From Candidatus Micrarchaeia archaeon (lineage in GTDB: Archaea > Micrarchaeota > Micrarchaeia > Micrarchaeales > CABMGC01), in the NCBI GenBank assembly GCA_049976305.1, contig JBMFIM010000002.1, forward strand, positions 1-56,412: a DNA stretch of 56,412 nucleotides, given 5' to 3'. The position numbers and the translations under genes are program-made. Position 1 is the stretch's first letter. Each line of letters opens with the position of its first letter. The notes below the pieces were generated by a model. The model did not search any database and was not told the origin of the DNA. It saw only the letters and a program-made list of their open reading frames with translations. Of this stretch, positions 9,143-18,615 are shown piece by piece.

Positions 9143-9850
9143 CTATAATAACTTTTGCTTTTCGGGATTTGACGAGAAGTTTACCTGCTTCACGTAGTCC
9201 ACTACCTCCAAAAGGTTGTTTGCCCTTTTTATTGCGTGGTTGTAAAAATTTGGGTCTTCGCTCTTATAGGCTATTGTTGGAAACGCCTTGGCAACTTCTA
9301 CATCGTAGCCGTCTCCAACAAACAATACTTCGTCTTTCCTAACATTAAGCCTTTTTATTAGGTTCTTTATTACCTTGACTTTGTCCATTTCGTTTCCATC
9401 TAAGATGTGTGATGTGTGTTTGAACGCTTTGTTAGGAAAAGCAAGTATGCCAACAAGCTTGTCACCGGTATTAAACAAAGCGATCGGCGCATGAACCCTG
9501 CTAAAATTGTCTTCTTTAAACTTTTCGTTGACCTTTGCTGCTACTCCTCTCGCAATCACGTCAGGTGCCAGCGTTACAATATGGACTTCTATGCCCATGG
9601 CAAAAAGTGCAGCTACTGTTTCCCTTACATTAGGCTCTAAAGGCACCGTACTGGCAACCTCTTCGAATACGCTCTTAGGCAAGCCTGTAAGAAGGCCGAG
9701 TTCTATGCCATGCTCTTCCTTTGGGTTAAGCCTCAACAAACTTTTGACAGCGAACAAATCATCGACGTCGTTTTGCTCTTTGACAAGCCGCCATGTGCTT
9801 TTAGGAGTTACAAGCACACCATCCTGATCGAATATGACCAATTTTATCAT
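9143..9850 (-). CDS. HAD-superfamily hydrolase (phosphoserine phosphatase-like subfamily)
   Basis: Motif I FDQDGVL directly after Met at 9850, and motif IV VGDGYDVEVA. The longer track ORF to 9931 runs through the tRNA-Arg gene and is rejected. Confidence 0.7.
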   Translation of the reverse strand: MIKLVIFDQDGVLVTPKSTWRLVKEQNDVDDLFAVKSLLRLNPKEEHGIELGLLTGLPKSVFEEVASTVPLEPNVRETVAALFAMGIEVHIVTLAPDVIARGVAAKVNEKFKEDNFSRVHAPIALFNTGDKLVGILAFPNKAFKHTSHILDGNEMDKVKVIKNLIKRLNVRKDEVLFVGDGYDVEVAKAFPTIAYKSEDPNFYNHAIKRANNLLEVVDYVKQVNFSSNPEKQKLL

Positions 9851-9862
9851 GCTATCCCCAAG

Positions 9863-9937
9863 CGGGCATGACGGGATTTGAACCCGCAACCACTCGGTCC
9901 GAAGCCGAGCGCGCTGTCCAAGTTGCGCCACATGCCC
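9863..9937 (-). tRNA. tRNA-Arg (anticodon UCG)
   Basis: 75-nt cloverleaf folded by hand: acceptor GGGCAUG/CAUGCCC, D stem GCGC/GCGC, anticodon stem CUCGG/CCGAG with loop CUUCGGA, T arm GCGGG-UUCAAAU-CCCGU, discriminator G. No encoded CCA. Confidence 0.9.
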
Positions 9938-9968
9938 TAATTATTGCTCGGCTTCCACCTATAAATAC

Positions 9969-10394
9969 CTACTCCTCTTCTCTTTCTATGGGCTCGAGCC
10001 CATCGGCAAATTCCTGCTTAATCAATGGAAGAAGGCGCTTGTATCTCATTTTGTCTGTTTTTGGTATTGGCAGGTTCAGAAGCAACATGGAGAATGTGTG
10101 CTCTTCTATTTTTTGTGACATGACTTCCCTTATCTCGTCCTCGGTGATATCTTTCCAGCTTTCGTTTATTGCATGCATAGCTTCATCTACTACTGCCTCT
10201 TTATTCAAAGGTTCGCCGTGCATGAAACGATATATGTGCCAACAATGGCTAGAGGAGAGTAGCGCAAAAATCCTTGCCCGATCTACAATCTCCTCTTCTT
10301 CCCTGCTTATTTCCTTCTTCTTTCCAAGCTTCTGTACTTCGGTTGTAAATAGGGCGTATTTGTTCAATACGGACCTATTGGGCATGTTACCCAT
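9969..10394 (-). CDS. Hypothetical protein (acidic, helical)
   Basis: 141-aa ORF with a TATA-like element about 24 nt upstream of its ATG. No motif recognised. Confidence 0.5.
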   Translation of the reverse strand: MGNMPNRSVLNKYALFTTEVQKLGKKKEISREEEEIVDRARIFALLSSSHCWHIYRFMHGEPLNKEAVVDEAMHAINESWKDITEDEIREVMSQKIEEHTFSMLLLNLPIPKTDKMRYKRLLPLIKQEFADGLEPIEREEE

Positions 10395-10410
10395 ATTATT
10401 TTCTCATGCA

Positions 10411-10422
10411 ATATTTAAATAG
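10411..10422 (-). promoter_or_regulatory. TATA box candidate for the 9969-10394 gene (leaderless-type spacing)
   Basis: Plus-strand ATATTTAAATAG is centred about 24 nt upstream of the minus-strand ATG at 10394. Confidence 0.4.
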
Positions 10423-10575
10423 ATATTGAACAACTCAGCGTATCATTGCATGTACAATCCGAATAGGAAATAAATATAAACCTTAACTGGAAAATAATCA
10501 TGTGGTTTTATGATAACAGGATTGAGTGTAGTGAGTGTAGCTGCGAATAGACCAAGCCCAGAGACCATAACAAAC

Positions 10576-10929
10576 ATGAAGTTCAACATAAACTTCGATG
10601 ACGTAAAAGTGGAGAACGACAATGTGGAGATTTCATACACCTTCACAACAACCTACGAAGGCGGCGAAAACAACAGCAAGAACGTAGGTGACTTGAAGAT
10701 CGTAGGAAAGGTTTTCATGAAGGAGGACAAGAAAAGAGCAGAAGAGATAAGTAAGAGCTGGAAAGAACAGAAAACCTTGCCTATAGACTTGGCAGAGGAC
10801 TTGATAAACCTGCTCAACTTTGAGTGCGGCTCAAGAGGAACCCTGCTGGCATGGAGCGTAGGGCTTGTAGCCCCATTGCCTTTGACTAGGGCAAAGCTGC
10901 AGCCACAAGGCCAGGGTCAAGCTCAATAA
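10576..10929 (+). CDS. Hypothetical protein, possibly a SecB-like fold
   Basis: ATG 10576 (MKFNINFDDVKVEN...). The alternating beta pattern and C-terminal LINLLNFECGSRGTLLAWSVGLVAPLPL vaguely recall SecB-type chaperones. This is weak. Confidence 0.45.
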   Translation: MKFNINFDDVKVENDNVEISYTFTTTYEGGENNSKNVGDLKIVGKVFMKEDKKRAEEISKSWKEQKTLPIDLAEDLINLLNFECGSRGTLLAWSVGLVAPLPLTRAKLQPQGQGQAQ

Positions 10930-10957
10930 CTTATTTCTTAACTTTCTAAGCTTAACC

Positions 10958-13351
10958 ATGAGGATAGAGGGGCTGCTACTAGACATAGACACACTGGCAG
11001 AAGACGGTAAAAGCGTAATAAGGCTTACTGTAAAGACGAAAGATGGCATTGTCACACTCTTCGATACTTCTTTCCTGCCTTACCTTTACCTTCTCCCGAG
11101 AAACTCTGAGCTTAACGAAGAGACAATATCCTCCTTAAAGTTTCCCAATGGTACTGGCATAGCAGAAATAGCAAAAGTGGAAAAGATAAAAATGCAACTT
11201 CTCAACAAAGAGGTAATGGTTTTCAAAGTTTACGCGCACAACGCAAAGGACATACCCACCTTTAAAGAATACTTGCAGGAATTTGGCACCTGCTACGAAT
11301 ACGATATTCCTTTTTGGAAAAGATACCTTATCGATAAGGACATTTCTCCCATGCTCGGCATAAGCGTAGAGGCGAAAGAAGAGAACAACAGGCTTGTTGT
11401 TGAAAGCATAGAAAGCACTCAAGCAGATGACATCGACCTCAAACATATATGCTTCGACATAGAGACGTACAACCCTAAGAAGGTTCCTAGACCAAAGGAG
11501 GATCCAGTCATACTAATAAGCTTAGCAAATGAGAGTATTGCGAAGGTTATCTCTGCAAGGCATATAAACAGAGATTTTGTAATAGAGGTGAAAAACGAAA
11601 AGGAGCTGATAGAGAAATTTGTGGAAATTGTAAAAAGGGAAGACTTTGACATAATCGCTGGCTACAATTCTTCGAACTTCGACATACCTTATCTTATTGA
11701 AAGATCTAAACGCGTTGGAGCAAAATTCGAATTGGGCAGATACCCTGAGGAGGTGGCAAGTCAGCATCACGGTCTCCTCGAGCTTGTAAAAATACCGGGA
11801 AGGATAAATATAGATCTTTTCAACACTGCAAAATTTGTCGCAACAGTTGGCACTGCCGAATACTTGATAAAGGTAAACACCTTCACGCTAGGAGAGGTCT
11901 ACAAAGAGCTTATGGGGAAGGAAAAGAAAACAGTAAACAAGGAAGAAATCTTCAAGCTTTATGACTCAGAAGGCATTACCCCACTCGCTGAATATTCACT
12001 TGATGATGCCCTGTCAACAGAAGAGCTTTATAAGTTCTTCATGCCTCTTGAGATTGAAATAGCAAAGCTTTGTGGCACCACGCTGGCAGAGACTGCAGTT
12101 TCGACAACTGGGCAGCTTGTAGAATACCTGCTAATGCGCTACGCCCATAGAAACAATCAGCTAATACCGAACAAGCCCAGCGACGAAGAAATAGAAGAAA
12201 GGCTGTCAACAAGCTTTGAAGGGGCATATGTAAAAACTCCGGCAGCGGGCATATATAACAACCTGGCCGTACTCGACTTTAGAGGCTTGTACCCTTCAAT
12301 AATCATAGCCCACAACATAGACCCTTCAACCATAACCGACGCTTCTGATGACGCATTTGTCGCTCCTACAGGAATAAAATTCAAAAAAGAGCCGAAAGGA
12401 ATAATCCCTACGGTGCTAAAGATCCTCATAAAGGAAAGAGAGGGTGTAAAAAAAGAATACAAGCGGCATCCGGAGAACAAGGCGCTAGGCGCTAGGTCTC
12501 AGGCTTTGAAGATAATTGCAAACTCTTTCTACGGCTATCTCGGCTATGCAAGGTCCAGATGGTATTCAAAGGAGTGCAGCTCGAGCGTAACAGCCTATGG
12601 CAGGGAGTATATCCAGAAAACAATAGCGATGAGCGAAGCAGCAGGCTTTCAAGTAATCTACTCTGATACCGATAGCGTAGTACTGCTTCTTGGAAACAAA
12701 ACCAAAGATGACGTTCTTGCATTCTTGAAGCAAGTAAACGCATCGTTGCCAGAGTCTATGGAGCTAGAGCTCGAGGATTTCTACGTGCGTGGCGTATTCG
12801 TGGGCAAGCGAACAGGCGAGATGGGCGCGAAGAAGAAGTATGCCCTTCTCTCTGAATCGGGCAGGATAAAAATAAGGGGCTTCGAGCTTGTAAGAAGGGA
12901 TTGGTCAAACATCGCTAGAGAAACTCAAAAGAAAGTGCTTGAGGTTATACTCAAAGAAGGCAGCAAGGACAAAGCAGTGGGCATCGTGAAAGAGACTATC
13001 AAAAATCTCAAAGAGGGCAAGGTCAACATAAAGGACCTGGTAATACACACGCAACTCAGGAAAGGCCTCAATTCTTATGATGCCACTTCTCCGGAGCTTG
13101 CGGCTGCGCAGAAAGCAATAAAACGGGGAAAACTGCCAAGCGAGTTGGAAGGCACGACGATAGGCTATGTGATAACAAAACACGGCAGTAGCATAAGCGA
13201 AAAGGCAGAGCTTGAGGAATACGCACAAGATTATGATGCTGAGTATTATATAAGCCATCAGGTAATCCCAGCTACTTTGAAGATACTGAAGGAGCTTGGC
13301 GTAAGCGAAGAAGAGCTTAGAGGGAGTGGCACGCAAAGAAGGCTAGGCTAA
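10958..13351 (+). CDS. polB: Family B DNA polymerase
   Basis: 797 aa. Exo motifs (FDIETYN, YNSSNFDIPYL), Pol motifs LDFRGLYPSIIIAHNI, KIIANSFYGYLGY and YSDTDS. No intein-sized insertion. Confidence 0.95.
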   Translation: MRIEGLLLDIDTLAEDGKSVIRLTVKTKDGIVTLFDTSFLPYLYLLPRNSELNEETISSLKFPNGTGIAEIAKVEKIKMQLLNKEVMVFKVYAHNAKDIPTFKEYLQEFGTCYEYDIPFWKRYLIDKDISPMLGISVEAKEENNRLVVESIESTQADDIDLKHICFDIETYNPKKVPRPKEDPVILISLANESIAKVISARHINRDFVIEVKNEKELIEKFVEIVKREDFDIIAGYNSSNFDIPYLIERSKRVGAKFELGRYPEEVASQHHGLLELVKIPGRINIDLFNTAKFVATVGTAEYLIKVNTFTLGEVYKELMGKEKKTVNKEEIFKLYDSEGITPLAEYSLDDALSTEELYKFFMPLEIEIAKLCGTTLAETAVSTTGQLVEYLLMRYAHRNNQLIPNKPSDEEIEERLSTSFEGAYVKTPAAGIYNNLAVLDFRGLYPSIIIAHNIDPSTITDASDDAFVAPTGIKFKKEPKGIIPTVLKILIKEREGVKKEYKRHPENKALGARSQALKIIANSFYGYLGYARSRWYSKECSSSVTAYGREYIQKTIAMSEAAGFQVIYSDTDSVVLLLGNKTKDDVLAFLKQVNASLPESMELELEDFYVRGVFVGKRTGEMGAKKKYALLSESGRIKIRGFELVRRDWSNIARETQKKVLEVILKEGSKDKAVGIVKETIKNLKEGKVNIKDLVIHTQLRKGLNSYDATSPELAAAQKAIKRGKLPSELEGTTIGYVITKHGSSISEKAELEEYAQDYDAEYYISHQVIPATLKILKELGVSEEELRGSGTQRRLG

Positions 13352-13353
13352 AT

Positions 13354-14148
13354 TCACGCCTCTATTACAGTCCCCACAACTTCCTCACCCATTAAGGCTT
13401 TTTGCAATCTGCCCGGCACAGTGGCGTTTATAATCATGCATTTTGCTCCATACTTTTTCGCTATCTTGTAAAGAAGCAGAAGCTTTGTGCGCATACCTCC
13501 AGTAACGTCTATTTTTAGAGAGCCACCAGTACCTTTCAGCGCTTGCCTTATGTTAGAGCTGTCGATGTGCTCAATGAGCTTTGCATTCTTGTTTATTTTT
13601 GGATCTGAATCAAAAACTCCATCTATGTCGCCAGCGGCTATCACTACATCTGGCCTAATCTTAGTCGCAAGGTACTCAAAAACCTGCTCGGTAGAGGCTG
13701 CATGCACCCCCTTTACCGAATCAATAAACAAGTCACCAAAAACAACAGGCACAAAACCATAGTTTAGCGCTGAGATTATATTTGCTGGATTCCATGATGT
13801 AATTCTGCCATTCTTTGTCAGCCCGCCAGCAGATGGTGGAAACTTTATCGCATTTATGCCGTTTTGGGTCAAAACATCTATTACAATATTGTTAAGCTCG
13901 TGCACAGTCTTATGGGCCAGTGCGGCACCGTATGTACTCTCCTGTCCGCTCAATCCTTTCTCAAGTCCGTACTTGTGAACTGCAACATGGCCAAAGGAAC
14001 CGCTGCCATGCCCTAGCAGCAGCTTGTTTTCTCCTATGCCAACCTTTATCTCCTTAGCCAGCCTGTCTATTTCATTTACTTTTGCAGTATCTGGCTTGGT
14101 TGTATCTGTTATTACACTGCCGCCGAGCTTGACAAAGTAAAGAGACAC
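13354..14148 (-). CDS. Isopentenyl phosphate kinase (amino-acid kinase fold; archaeal mevalonate pathway)
   Basis: FVKLGGSVITD, GHGSGSFGH, VFGD, and DGVFDSDP...IDVTGGM match archaeal IPK as I recall the M. jannaschii enzyme. Confidence 0.75.
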   Translation of the reverse strand: MSLYFVKLGGSVITDTTKPDTAKVNEIDRLAKEIKVGIGENKLLLGHGSGSFGHVAVHKYGLEKGLSGQESTYGAALAHKTVHELNNIVIDVLTQNGINAIKFPPSAGGLTKNGRITSWNPANIISALNYGFVPVVFGDLFIDSVKGVHAASTEQVFEYLATKIRPDVVIAAGDIDGVFDSDPKINKNAKLIEHIDSSNIRQALKGTGGSLKIDVTGGMRTKLLLLYKIAKKYGAKCMIINATVPGRLQKALMGEEVVGTVIEA

Positions 14149-14265
14149 AAAATCATTAAAAAAGCACGCTGCAAGCTTAAATAATTTTTTGAATGCACAA
14201 GTTTATCCTCGCTTAAGCCAAAAATTCGGCGGCAAGTTTTTATATTTTCTCTCCCAAAAATAATT

Positions 14266-14583
14266 GTGGAAAGGCAAAAGTTTGTTGTGAAGTCAAGAGA
14301 GGAGATGGGCGACTACATTGCATTGAACTGGCTTGAGCCCAGGCTTTCAAAAAAATTTGGGATAAAAAAGAATCAGATATTTGTAAGAGAGGACTGGTGG
14401 ATAGATGCTGTGAAAAGGGCTAGGCTCCACACGCACGAACTTGTTGAAATAAACCTAAGGCTAAGGAACAAAATGGGTTATGAGCAGGCGCACAAAATTG
14501 CCAACATTTTCGAAAGAAACGCTCTCAAAATAATCAAGAAGGCAAACACACCGATTCCTCTGCCTCCTACGTCACACCGTTAG
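14266..14583 (+). CDS. Hypothetical protein
   Basis: 105-aa ORF with a GTG start and a TTTTTATATT element about 25 nt upstream. No motif recognised. Confidence 0.45.
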   Translation: MERQKFVVKSREEMGDYIALNWLEPRLSKKFGIKKNQIFVREDWWIDAVKRARLHTHELVEINLRLRNKMGYEQAHKIANIFERNALKIIKKANTPIPLPPTSHR

Positions 14584-14585
14584 CG

Positions 14586-14981
14586 CTAGCTTCTTTTCAA
14601 GCTCAAATAGGTCTGCATCTCACGTAGGTATTCTTTCATTTCAAAATTATCAGTTCTGCTCAAAGCCGCATAAGTAAGATAAACGATCCTGTAAGCACTT
14701 GTAAATTTGAGCCACTCTGGCACTCTTTCTCTTAATTCCTTCTGGCCGAGAAGACTGAACGCCTTTGCAATAAGCATACTTTGCTTTCTAGGCCTCTCAG
14801 TCTGTTCCTCATAGATAAACCTGAGCATCCCATTTTCCAGTGCTTTCTTTACCTCTCCTGAATAATTGCCCAATACTTTGAAAGACTCGCAGACCTCTTC
14901 AGGAATCTCGCCTTCGAATTTCCTTATATGCTCCTTTAGTGACTCAGTTTCATAATCTAAATCAACAGTATAGGCTAGCAC
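14586..14981 (-). CDS. Hypothetical protein
   Basis: 131-aa helical ORF convergent with the previous gene. No motif recognised. Confidence 0.45.
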   Translation of the reverse strand: MLAYTVDLDYETESLKEHIRKFEGEIPEEVCESFKVLGNYSGEVKKALENGMLRFIYEEQTERPRKQSMLIAKAFSLLGQKELRERVPEWLKFTSAYRIVYLTYAALSRTDNFEMKEYLREMQTYLSLKRS

Positions 14982-15092
14982 AAGAAAAAAGGGAAATTTA
15001 ATTTTTTAAAAGTTGTGCATTGAAAAGTACCCTAGGATAAATTCGGATAAAGAGGAGTCCATGTAGTTTTATTTTTAACTATTCAATATAAA

Positions 15093-16646
15093 ATGATGGG
15101 CATACTTAGCCTTCTTGGCCTTTTAGTATTTGATACTCTGGCTTCGTGGATAAGGATGTTCATAGCCCTAGGAGCATCAATACTTCTAGGGCTAGGCATA
15201 GGAATCTATGCGGCAAGAAGAGAGACTGCTGAAAAAGTCGTTATACCTATAGTAGACATTCTCCAGACTCTTCCAATACTTGCATTCTTCCCTTTTGTAA
15301 TTTATGTTATAGTTGCAACCCTGCCCGGCTACATAGGCATAAACGCTGCTGTGATATTCTTGATTATAACAAGCATGCTATGGAACATAATATTTGGAGT
15401 TTACGAAGCTGTAAAGACCCTTCCGCAGGAATTCTTGGAACTCGCGGCCCTGTATAAGCTAAACAAGTGGAAAAGGCTTGCAAAAATTTATGTACCGGCA
15501 AGTATGTCGAAGGTAATTGACCAATCTACGCTTTCATTTGCTATAGGCCTGTTCTACCTTGTTACTAGCGAGATCTTTTCCACAGCCAACTCCACCTACG
15601 CCGTCAAATACGGCATAGGCGTTGAGCTTACGAAGCTTGCAATTAGCAGCAACTTTGCCGCATATGCAATGGGCATAGCTGTATTTATTGCTTTTGTTAT
15701 TGCAACAAGACTTTTCTTCTTTGCTAAGCTTGAAAAATACTATAACCGCTATAACGCACCGGGCAGACCCAAGCCTTTGGCACAAGCCAGGCATAGGCCG
15801 TATGCTGCGTTTGCACACGCAATTGTTACACACCTACCTAAAATAAGGTTCAAAACAGGAAACAAGCAACAGATAGAGAGAGTTTATACGCCAAAACCTG
15901 AAAAGAAGATAATTTCTTCAAAAGTCGTAGGATATGCGCTGCTTTCCGTTACAATTTTGCTGATACTATTCTATAGGCCATTCTATGCGAACGAGGGCAT
16001 AGTACTTGTATCGCTCGCCGCATCTTTTGCAAGGGTATGGCTTGCATTTGCTTTGATAACAGTCATCGCAGTACCCTTAGTCGTATATTTGTTGTTTATG
16101 AGCAAACATGCATCTAGCTACCTACTTCTGTTTCAGATCTTGGCCTCCATACCTGCCACAATACTCTTGCCCATCATAGTTACAGCGTTGAAAGGTCTGC
16201 CAATGCATGACGAGCTTGTGGCATTTACTGTTTACTTCCTCAGTGGCATATGGTATGTGGTGTTTAGCACTCTTGCGAATAAGGCGTACATACCTACCAG
16301 CATGCTCGAAGTTAAACGCATATTCGGAGTCAAAGGTATCGAGGCGTGGAAGAAAATGTATTTCTATGCAATACTCCCTGGCCTCATAACAGGAGCAGTG
16401 ACAGGCATAGCTGCAGAATGGAACGCAAGCATAGTAGCGGAGTATTTCACAACCTCGGCAATAGGGAGCGGAGCTGTAATAACGAGCGTAGGAATTGGAA
16501 TAGGCAAACTCCTGGACACATCTCTCGACTCTGGGAACCTAAGCCTTATGCTGCTTGGATTATTAAATCTTACAATCATGATTGTTATTATCAACAGGTT
16601 TGTATGGAACAGGCTTTACAGAAAAATTGAAGCTGTAAGCAAGTAA
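15093..16646 (+). CDS. ABC transporter, duplicated (fused) permease of the nitrate/sulfonate/bicarbonate (NitT/TauT) type
   Basis: 517 aa with two permease-like halves of multiple TM helices joined by a basic linker (NRYNAPGRPKPLAQARHRP). Followed by the cognate ATPase. Confidence 0.7.
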   Translation: MMGILSLLGLLVFDTLASWIRMFIALGASILLGLGIGIYAARRETAEKVVIPIVDILQTLPILAFFPFVIYVIVATLPGYIGINAAVIFLIITSMLWNIIFGVYEAVKTLPQEFLELAALYKLNKWKRLAKIYVPASMSKVIDQSTLSFAIGLFYLVTSEIFSTANSTYAVKYGIGVELTKLAISSNFAAYAMGIAVFIAFVIATRLFFFAKLEKYYNRYNAPGRPKPLAQARHRPYAAFAHAIVTHLPKIRFKTGNKQQIERVYTPKPEKKIISSKVVGYALLSVTILLILFYRPFYANEGIVLVSLAASFARVWLAFALITVIAVPLVVYLLFMSKHASSYLLLFQILASIPATILLPIIVTALKGLPMHDELVAFTVYFLSGIWYVVFSTLANKAYIPTSMLEVKRIFGVKGIEAWKKMYFYAILPGLITGAVTGIAAEWNASIVAEYFTTSAIGSGAVITSVGIGIGKLLDTSLDSGNLSLMLLGLLNLTIMIVIINRFVWNRLYRKIEAVSK

Positions 16647-16671
16647 ATAAGTAGAGTTAGATGGCGATATT

Positions 16672-17412
16672 GTGAATCTACTCGACGTGGCTGGAGTTTC
16701 ATACTTCATAGGCGACCTTGAAATAATAAAAGATGCGACCTTCAAGGCTAATGATGGCGAATTTGTATCGCTCATAGGTCCTTCTGGTTGCGGGAAAAGC
16801 ACGTTGCTCAGAATAATAGCAGGCCTCATTAGACCTACAAAAGGCAAAGTGATGTACTTGGGAAAGGAGATCGTAGAGCCAATACCAGAAATATCTTTCG
16901 TGTTTCAGGATTTTGCACTTCTCCCTTGGCTAAACAACGTGGAAAACGTAGAAATAGGGCTTTCGAGGAGTAACATAAGCGAAGAAGGAAAAAGGGAAAA
17001 GGCGCTTGAGATATTGAGACACGTAGGCTTAAGCGGGTTTGAATATGCGTATCCTAATGCGCTTAGTGGCGGAATGAAGCAGAGGGTTGGAATTGCAAGG
17101 GCCATAGTATCTGAGCCAAAGATACTTTTAATGGACGAGCCTTTCAGCTCGCTGGATGAATTAACTGCTGAGGCTCTGAGAAAAGATGTTTATACAATGC
17201 TCAAAAGCAAAGATAACCCAGTAAGCTCGGTAATAATGGTAACGCATAATGTTGAAGAAGCGGTTGAACTTTCAGACAAGATTGTTGTAATGGCTCAAAA
17301 GCCATCTTATGTAAAGAAAATACTTGAGGTTAAATTGGGCAGACCGCGCAACAAATACAGCAAAGAATTCAGGGACTATGTCAACACAGTTTACAAGCTT
17401 CTTACTGCATAG
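16672..17412 (+). CDS. ABC transporter ATP-binding protein (NitT/TauT family)
   Basis: Walker A GPSGCGKST, signature LSGGMKQRVGIARA, Walker B LLMDEPFSSLD, and a GTG start. Confidence 0.9.
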   Translation: MNLLDVAGVSYFIGDLEIIKDATFKANDGEFVSLIGPSGCGKSTLLRIIAGLIRPTKGKVMYLGKEIVEPIPEISFVFQDFALLPWLNNVENVEIGLSRSNISEEGKREKALEILRHVGLSGFEYAYPNALSGGMKQRVGIARAIVSEPKILLMDEPFSSLDELTAEALRKDVYTMLKSKDNPVSSVIMVTHNVEEAVELSDKIVVMAQKPSYVKKILEVKLGRPRNKYSKEFRDYVNTVYKLLTA

Positions 17413-17413
17413 C

Positions 17414-17830
17414 CTATTTCACGATTTCCTGCACAAACGCCGGGTAGACGTGCCTTATTCCTTTTATGTCCTCGATCTTTTTCACAAACTCGTTAGCTTG
17501 GCTGGATTTCACTGCTGCAACAAAAATCGCCACATGGTCACCGGTAGTAGTGTATAGCTCGTTTACTTCGGGCAACCCCTTAAGCTTGAGTATGACACTA
17601 TTGAAACTCTCAGGAGAGATGTCGAGGCCTACAATCATGTGAGTCTTATCGAGAAGGTGGTATTTTATCCTTGCCTTGTAACCTACAACTATGCCGCTTT
17701 GCTCCAAAACCTTTATGCGCCTCCTTACCGCTCCTTCGGTAAGCCCGACCTTGTCTGCTATTTCCTGATTAGTCATCTTAGCATTTTTCTCCAGCATGCC
17801 CAGCAACTTTTCATCTATAAGATCAATCAT
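17414..17830 (-). CDS. Lrp/AsnC family transcriptional regulator
   Basis: MIDLIDEKLLGMLEKNAKMTNQEIADKVGLTEGAVRRRIKVLEQSGIV (HTH) plus a C-terminal RAM-like domain. ATG 17830 is preferred over the 196-aa track ORF. Confidence 0.85.
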   Translation of the reverse strand: MIDLIDEKLLGMLEKNAKMTNQEIADKVGLTEGAVRRRIKVLEQSGIVVGYKARIKYHLLDKTHMIVGLDISPESFNSVILKLKGLPEVNELYTTTGDHVAIFVAAVKSSQANEFVKKIEDIKGIRHVYPAFVQEIVK

Positions 17831-17945
17831 GAAAACACATAGACTTAATTGCATGCACAGATTTATATATTTTTCGTAGTAAATATTACTAAAATAGGAA
17901 CAAAATTTACTGAATTTTGATTTTATATTGCGATAAGGTGAGAAA

Positions 17946-18530
17946 ATGGAAATTGGAAAACCCGTTCCGGAGTTTACTGCGAACACGTACTTTCCAGAAA
18001 CCAAGGAAATAAAGCAAATACACCTAAGCGACTACAGAGGGAAGTGGGTAATACTTGCCTTCTACCCTGGCGACTTTACTTTCGTCTGTGCGACTGACTT
18101 GGAGGCAATAACCGAAAAGTACAGTGAATTCAAGAAAGCTAACGCACAGGTCTTTGCCATAAGCACAGATAGCGTGTATTCGCACAAGGCATGGAGCGAT
18201 ACATCGCCGAGAGTAAGCAAAAGCCCAGTGCCTATGATAGAAGACTACAAAAAGGAGATAACCTCTGCCTACGGATTCTTGAATACAGACACTGGTGCGG
18301 CGAGAAGGGGGTTTGTAATGATAGACCCTGAAGGAAGACTGCAGTACTATGCTGTGTTCAACGACGCTCTGGGAAAGGACATAGACCATATGATCACAGC
18401 ACTCAATGGCCTTCGTGTAATACATGACACTCCGGTAGAGAAAGGCCATATATGCATAATACCTGCAAACTGGAAGCCAGGACAGAAGCCGATGGATATA
18501 GAGATAGTAAGGGATATAGGCAAGCTTTAG
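17946..18530 (+). CDS. Peroxiredoxin (AhpC/TSA family)
   Basis: FYPGDFTFVCATD active-site motif. Divergent from the Lrp gene. Confidence 0.9.
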   Translation: MEIGKPVPEFTANTYFPETKEIKQIHLSDYRGKWVILAFYPGDFTFVCATDLEAITEKYSEFKKANAQVFAISTDSVYSHKAWSDTSPRVSKSPVPMIEDYKKEITSAYGFLNTDTGAARRGFVMIDPEGRLQYYAVFNDALGKDIDHMITALNGLRVIHDTPVEKGHICIIPANWKPGQKPMDIEIVRDIGKL

Positions 18531-18566
18531 TTTTATTTTATTTTCTTCCTTTTCTTTCTTCTTTTC
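18531..18566 (+). terminator. Oligo-T-rich tract downstream of the peroxiredoxin gene
   Basis: TTTTATTTTATTTTCTTCCTTTTCTTTCTTCTTTTC follows the stop directly. Archaeal termination commonly uses T-runs. Confidence 0.35.
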
Positions 18567-18615
18567 AACTTTCTGAAAGTACTAAAAGCCTTTATGCTCA
18601 ATTTTATTTGGTAGC

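Noticed and set aside
9851-9931. N-terminal 27 codons of the 262-aa track ORF (MAQLGQRARLRTEWLRVQIPSCPLGDS)
   Set aside because: This stretch is the antisense/sense read-through of tRNA-Arg (9863-9937). The HAD motif I, FDQDG, follows the internal Met at 9850.
17831-18004. 58-codon N-terminal extension of the Lrp/AsnC ORF
   Set aside because: It would overlap the divergent peroxiredoxin start at 17946. The HTH domain begins right after the internal Met at 17830.
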